NCBI GenBank assembly: GCA_965207735.1
Contig: OZ242296.1
Coordinates: forward strand, 32,001-96,000
Length of the DNA: 64,000 nt
Origin: Candidatus Versatilivorator sp.
GTDB taxonomy: Bacteria > Acidobacteriota > Terriglobia > Versatilivoradales > Versatilivoraceae
Direction of reading: 5' to 3'
A program made the translations under genes and the position numbers. Shown in pieces: positions 60,750-64,000 of this stretch. The stretch's first letter is position 1; each line of letters starts with the position of its first letter. The notes below the pieces were generated by a model. It did no database searches. It was not told where the DNA came from and worked only from the letters and a program-made list of their open reading frames with translations.

Positions 60750-62060
60750 GTGATTGAGCGTTACACCCGTCCCCGCATGGGGCAGATCTGGTCTCCGGAA
60801 AACAAGTTTCGGAAATGGTTGGAAGTGGAGCTGGCCTGTGTGGACGTCCTGGCTGAGCGGGGTGTAATACCCGGCGATGCGGCTGGAGTCATTCGGGAGA
60901 AGGCCGACTTCGACGTGGCCCGGATCGATGAGATCGAGCGCGAGGTCAAGCATGACGTGGTGGCCTTTACCACCTCGGTGGCCGAGCATGTGGGACCTGA
61001 GTCCCGCTACGTCCACTACGGCCTGACCTCCTCCGACGTGGTGGATACGGCCCTGGCTCTGCAGCTCAAGGAAGCTTCGCAGATTCTCACCGAAGGGCTG
61101 GCCGGGTTCCTGAAGGTGCTGGAGAGCCGAGCCCATGAGTTCAAGAGAACGGTCATGGTGGGGCGGACTCACGGGATTCATGCCGAACCCACTACGCTGG
61201 GCCTCAAGCTGGCCGTGTGGTACGAGGAAGCGCGCCGCAACCAGAGGCGGCTCGAGACCGCGGCCGAATGCGTTCGCGTGGGCAAGTTGTCCGGAGCCGT
61301 TGGGACTTTTGCCCACCTCGATCCCACGGTGGAGGAATCGGTTTGCCGCATCCTGGGACTGCAGCCCGACCCGGTCTCGACCCAGATCGTGCAACGTGAC
61401 CGCCATGCCGAATACCTGTCGGCGCTGGCCCTGATTGCGGCCAGCCTGGAGAAGATCGCCACCGAGGTCCGCGGGCTGCAGCGCACTGAGGTTCGTGAGG
61501 TCGAGGAGTACTTCTCGGCCGGGCAGAAGGGCTCTTCGGCCATGCCGCACAAGAGGAACCCCGTGACCAGCGAACAGATCTCCGGCCTGGCCCGGGTGGT
61601 GCGCTCCAATCTGCTGGCCGGCCTGGAAAATATCACGCTGTGGCACGAGCGGGATATTTCCCACTCTTCGGTGGAGCGTGTGATTCTGCCGGACTCGACC
61701 ATTCTGGTCGACTATCTGCTGGCCAAGACCACGCGACTGCTGGAAAGACTGCTGGTCTACCCGGAGCGGATGCTGGAGAATCTGAACTTGATGAAGGGGC
61801 TGGTCTTTTCCGGCCAGATTCTTCTCGATCTGACTCGAAAAGGGGTCAGCCGGGAGAAGGCCTATCGGTGGGTGCAGCGAAACGCCATGCGCGTTTGGTC
61901 GGACGGGACGGACTTCAAGAGCCTGGTGCTGCAGGACGAAGAGATCCTGAAACATCTGTCCCGTTCCGAAATCGAAACCAGCTTCGATCTGGAACACCAG
62001 TTGCGGCACCTGGACGCCGTTTTCGAGCGCGTGTTCGGTGGGAAGTCGGCTCTGAAGTGA
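60750..62060 (+). CDS. purB: Adenylosuccinate lyase
   Basis: MIERYTRP and GSSAMPHKRNP. Confidence 0.97.
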   Translation: MIERYTRPRMGQIWSPENKFRKWLEVELACVDVLAERGVIPGDAAGVIREKADFDVARIDEIEREVKHDVVAFTTSVAEHVGPESRYVHYGLTSSDVVDTALALQLKEASQILTEGLAGFLKVLESRAHEFKRTVMVGRTHGIHAEPTTLGLKLAVWYEEARRNQRRLETAAECVRVGKLSGAVGTFAHLDPTVEESVCRILGLQPDPVSTQIVQRDRHAEYLSALALIAASLEKIATEVRGLQRTEVREVEEYFSAGQKGSSAMPHKRNPVTSEQISGLARVVRSNLLAGLENITLWHERDISHSSVERVILPDSTILVDYLLAKTTRLLERLLVYPERMLENLNLMKGLVFSGQILLDLTRKGVSREKAYRWVQRNAMRVWSDGTDFKSLVLQDEEILKHLSRSEIETSFDLEHQLRHLDAVFERVFGGKSALK

Positions 62061-62072
62061 GGTTGTGCCTGA

Positions 62073-62260
62073 GACCGACAAACCAGAAAAAGAGATATCC
62101 ACGAAGGCCCACGAAGGACTAAAAAGGGACACGAAGAGACAGATTAATGAATTGTTGATTGTGGGGGACCACTGATTGTGACTCAAATCCGAAATCTACA
62201 ATCCGAAATCTACAATCCTATACAGCATGTTCACAGCGACCCGGTGAGATATGCGGGCTA
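62073..62260. repeat. Mosaic of CACGAAG repeat, heptamer array and a degenerate IS1380-MITE right end
   Basis: CCACGAAGGCCCACGAAG; AAATCCG-AAATCTA-CAATCCG units; CAGCGACCCGGTGAGATATGCGGGCTAA. Confidence 0.7.
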
Positions 62261-62493
62261 AGGTATTTGTCAGCCTCAAGAAAAGCGTTCTGGATCCCCA
62301 GGGCAAGACCATTCACCATAGTCTGCAGAACATCGGTTTTGGAAAGATAACCGAGGTCCGCCAGGGGAAGTTCTTCGAAATCGACTTTGACTCCGAGTTG
62401 ACTCGGAAGGAAGTTCAAGCCGAGGTCGAAAAAATCGCCAGGGACGTACTGACCAACCCGGTCATCGAGGAATTCAGCTACCGGATCGAGTAG
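62251..62493 (+). CDS. purS: FGAM synthase subunit PurS
   Basis: [10 protein letters not shown] and LTNPVIE. Confidence 0.96.
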   Translation: MRAKVFVSLKKSVLDPQGKTIHHSLQNIGFGKITEVRQGKFFEIDFDSELTRKEVQAEVEKIARDVLTNPVIEEFSYRIE

Positions 62494-62573
62494 GTGGAGC
62501 CAGGACTGAGGAAGGCGGTTGTTGGGAAAGTATGCTTTCTGCCTTCCGTCCGGATTCCAGGAGACGGTTGAAG

Positions 62574-63269
62574 ATGAAATTCGGGGTGCTGATATTTCCG
62601 GGCAGCAATTGCGAGCACGATGCCTACCACGCCGTTCGCAAGGTGCTGCGCCAGCCGGCGGAGTTCATCTGGCACCAGTCGACCGACCTCAGGGATTGCC
62701 AGGCCATCATCGTTCCCGGGGGATTCTCCTACGGGGATTACCTGCGCACCGGGGCCATCGCCCGGTTCTCTCCGGTGATGGGAGCGGTGCGGCGATTCGC
62801 CGACCGGGGTGGATTGGTTCTGGGTATCTGCAACGGCTTCCAGATTCTGCTGGAAACCGGATTGCTGCCGGGAGCCATGCTGAGGAACCGCGGGTTGAAG
62901 TATGTGTGCCGGCAGGTCTCGATTCGGGTTGAGAACGCCGGCATTCCCTTTACGGGCCTGGCCACGGAGGGCGATGTCTGGACCATCCCCATAGGACACA
63001 TGGAAGGCAACTACACCCTTGACGCCGAAGCTCTCCGGAGCCTGGAGCGCAACCGGCAGGTGGTCTTCCGTTACTGTGCGCCGGACGGTGAGATTTCCGC
63101 CGACGCCAATCCCAACGGTTCGGTGGCCAATGTGGCCGGGATCTGCAATGCCCGCGGGAACGTGCTGGGCATGATGCCCCACCCGGAAAGAGCCAGCGAG
63201 CCGCTGCTGGGCAGCGAGGACGGGGTGCGCCTATTTCAGTCCATGATTCGGTCCCGATCCCAGGTCTGA
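62574..63269 (+). CDS. purQ: FGAM synthase glutaminase subunit
   Basis: [24 protein letters not shown] and MMPHPER. Confidence 0.97.
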   Translation: MKFGVLIFPGSNCEHDAYHAVRKVLRQPAEFIWHQSTDLRDCQAIIVPGGFSYGDYLRTGAIARFSPVMGAVRRFADRGGLVLGICNGFQILLETGLLPGAMLRNRGLKYVCRQVSIRVENAGIPFTGLATEGDVWTIPIGHMEGNYTLDAEALRSLERNRQVVFRYCAPDGEISADANPNGSVANVAGICNARGNVLGMMPHPERASEPLLGSEDGVRLFQSMIRSRSQV

Positions 63270-63270
63270 C

Positions 63271-64000
63271 ATGCAAGCCAATCTGTCTATGACGGCTGAA
63301 GTGCTGGAACAGCACAACCTGACCCAAGCCGAATACGATCGCATCCTGTCGATCCTGGGCCGGTCCCCCAACCTGACGGAACTGGGGATCTTCAGCGTCA
63401 TGTGGAGTGAGCACTGCAGTTACAAGAGTTCCAAGCTCCATTTGAAGCGGTTGCCCACTCGGGGCCCCCAGGTGCTGCAGGGACCCGGTGAGAACGCCGG
63501 GATCATCGATATCGGGGACGGCTACGCGGTGGCCTTCAAGATAGAGTCCCACAACCATCCCAGCTTCGTAGAGCCCTACCAGGGAGCGGCTACCGGTGTC
63601 GGGGGGATTCTGCGGGATATCTTTACCATGGGCGCCCGTCCCATCGCCGCCATGAACTCTCTGCGCTTCGGGCCGCCCGATCAGTCCCGGAACCGGCAAG
63701 TCATGGAGGGCGTGGTGGCGGGGATTGCCGGTTACGGGAACTGTTTCGGGGTACCGACCGTGGGCGGGGAAGTGGTGTTTGGGGAATGCTACTCCCAGAA
63801 CCCTCTGGTGAATGCCTTCGCGCTGGGCCTGTTCAGAAAGGACCGGATCTTTTACGGGAAAGCCGCGGGAATCGGGAATCCGGTGATCTATGTCGGCGCC
63901 AAGACCGGCAGAGACGGCATCCACGGGGCCACCATGGCTTCGGCCGAGTTCGACGAGGCCTCGGAGAGCAAGCGCCCAAACGTGCAGGTCGGCGACCCCT
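63271..64000 (+). CDS. purL: FGAM synthase subunit PurL (5' part, runs off the window)
   Basis: Manual translation gives [18 protein letters not shown] and ESHNHPS. Confidence 0.96.
   Translation, partial: MQANLSMTAEVLEQHNLTQAEYDRILSILGRSPNLTELGIFSVMWSEHCSYKSSKLHLKRLPTRGPQVLQGPGENAGIIDIGDGYAVAFKIESHNHPSFVEPYQGAATGVGGILRDIFTMGARPIAAMNSLRFGPPDQSRNRQVMEGVVAGIAGYGNCFGVPTVGGEVVFGECYSQNPLVNAFALGLFRKDRIFYGKAAGIGNPVIYVGAKTGRDGIHGATMASAEFDEASESKRPNVQVGDP

Overview
GC-rich bacterial chromosome segment. The gene content and order suggest Acidobacteriota, which is an inference. It is mostly housekeeping: ffh, leuC/leuD-like, accA-dnaE-guaA, tlyA-xseB-xseA, ndk-sucD-sucC, mpl, mqnD, rplU-rpmA-obgE-nadD-rsfS-rlmH, frdABCD, rlmN, purB-purS-purQ-purL and one tRNA-Phe. 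The intergenic DNA is heavily colonised by mobile-element sequence. The main finding is a three-tier nested system. (1) An intact IS1380-family element at 28314-30011 has 19-bp TIRs (CCCGCATTTCTCACCAGAG) and CTAG flanks. (2) Short non-autonomous MITEs and solo ends share that TIR. (3) Two apparently identical 869-nt ORF-less group II introns (22800-23668 minus, 40930-41798 plus) are each inserted at the same position inside the TIR (CCCGCATTTCTCA|CCAG), and the intron's putative EBS1/EBS2 are complementary to the TIR. Read outward, the TIR also carries an SD-like GGTGA plus ATG. It supplies the purS start codon, gives an in-frame ATG for rlmH, and opens 6-codon leaders whose stops overlap the dnaE and tlyA starts. 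Other spacers hold relics of GxxExxY-like and four-helix-bundle-like repeat-flanked elements and REP-like palindromes. All calls are by eye and from recalled family motifs; no searches were run.
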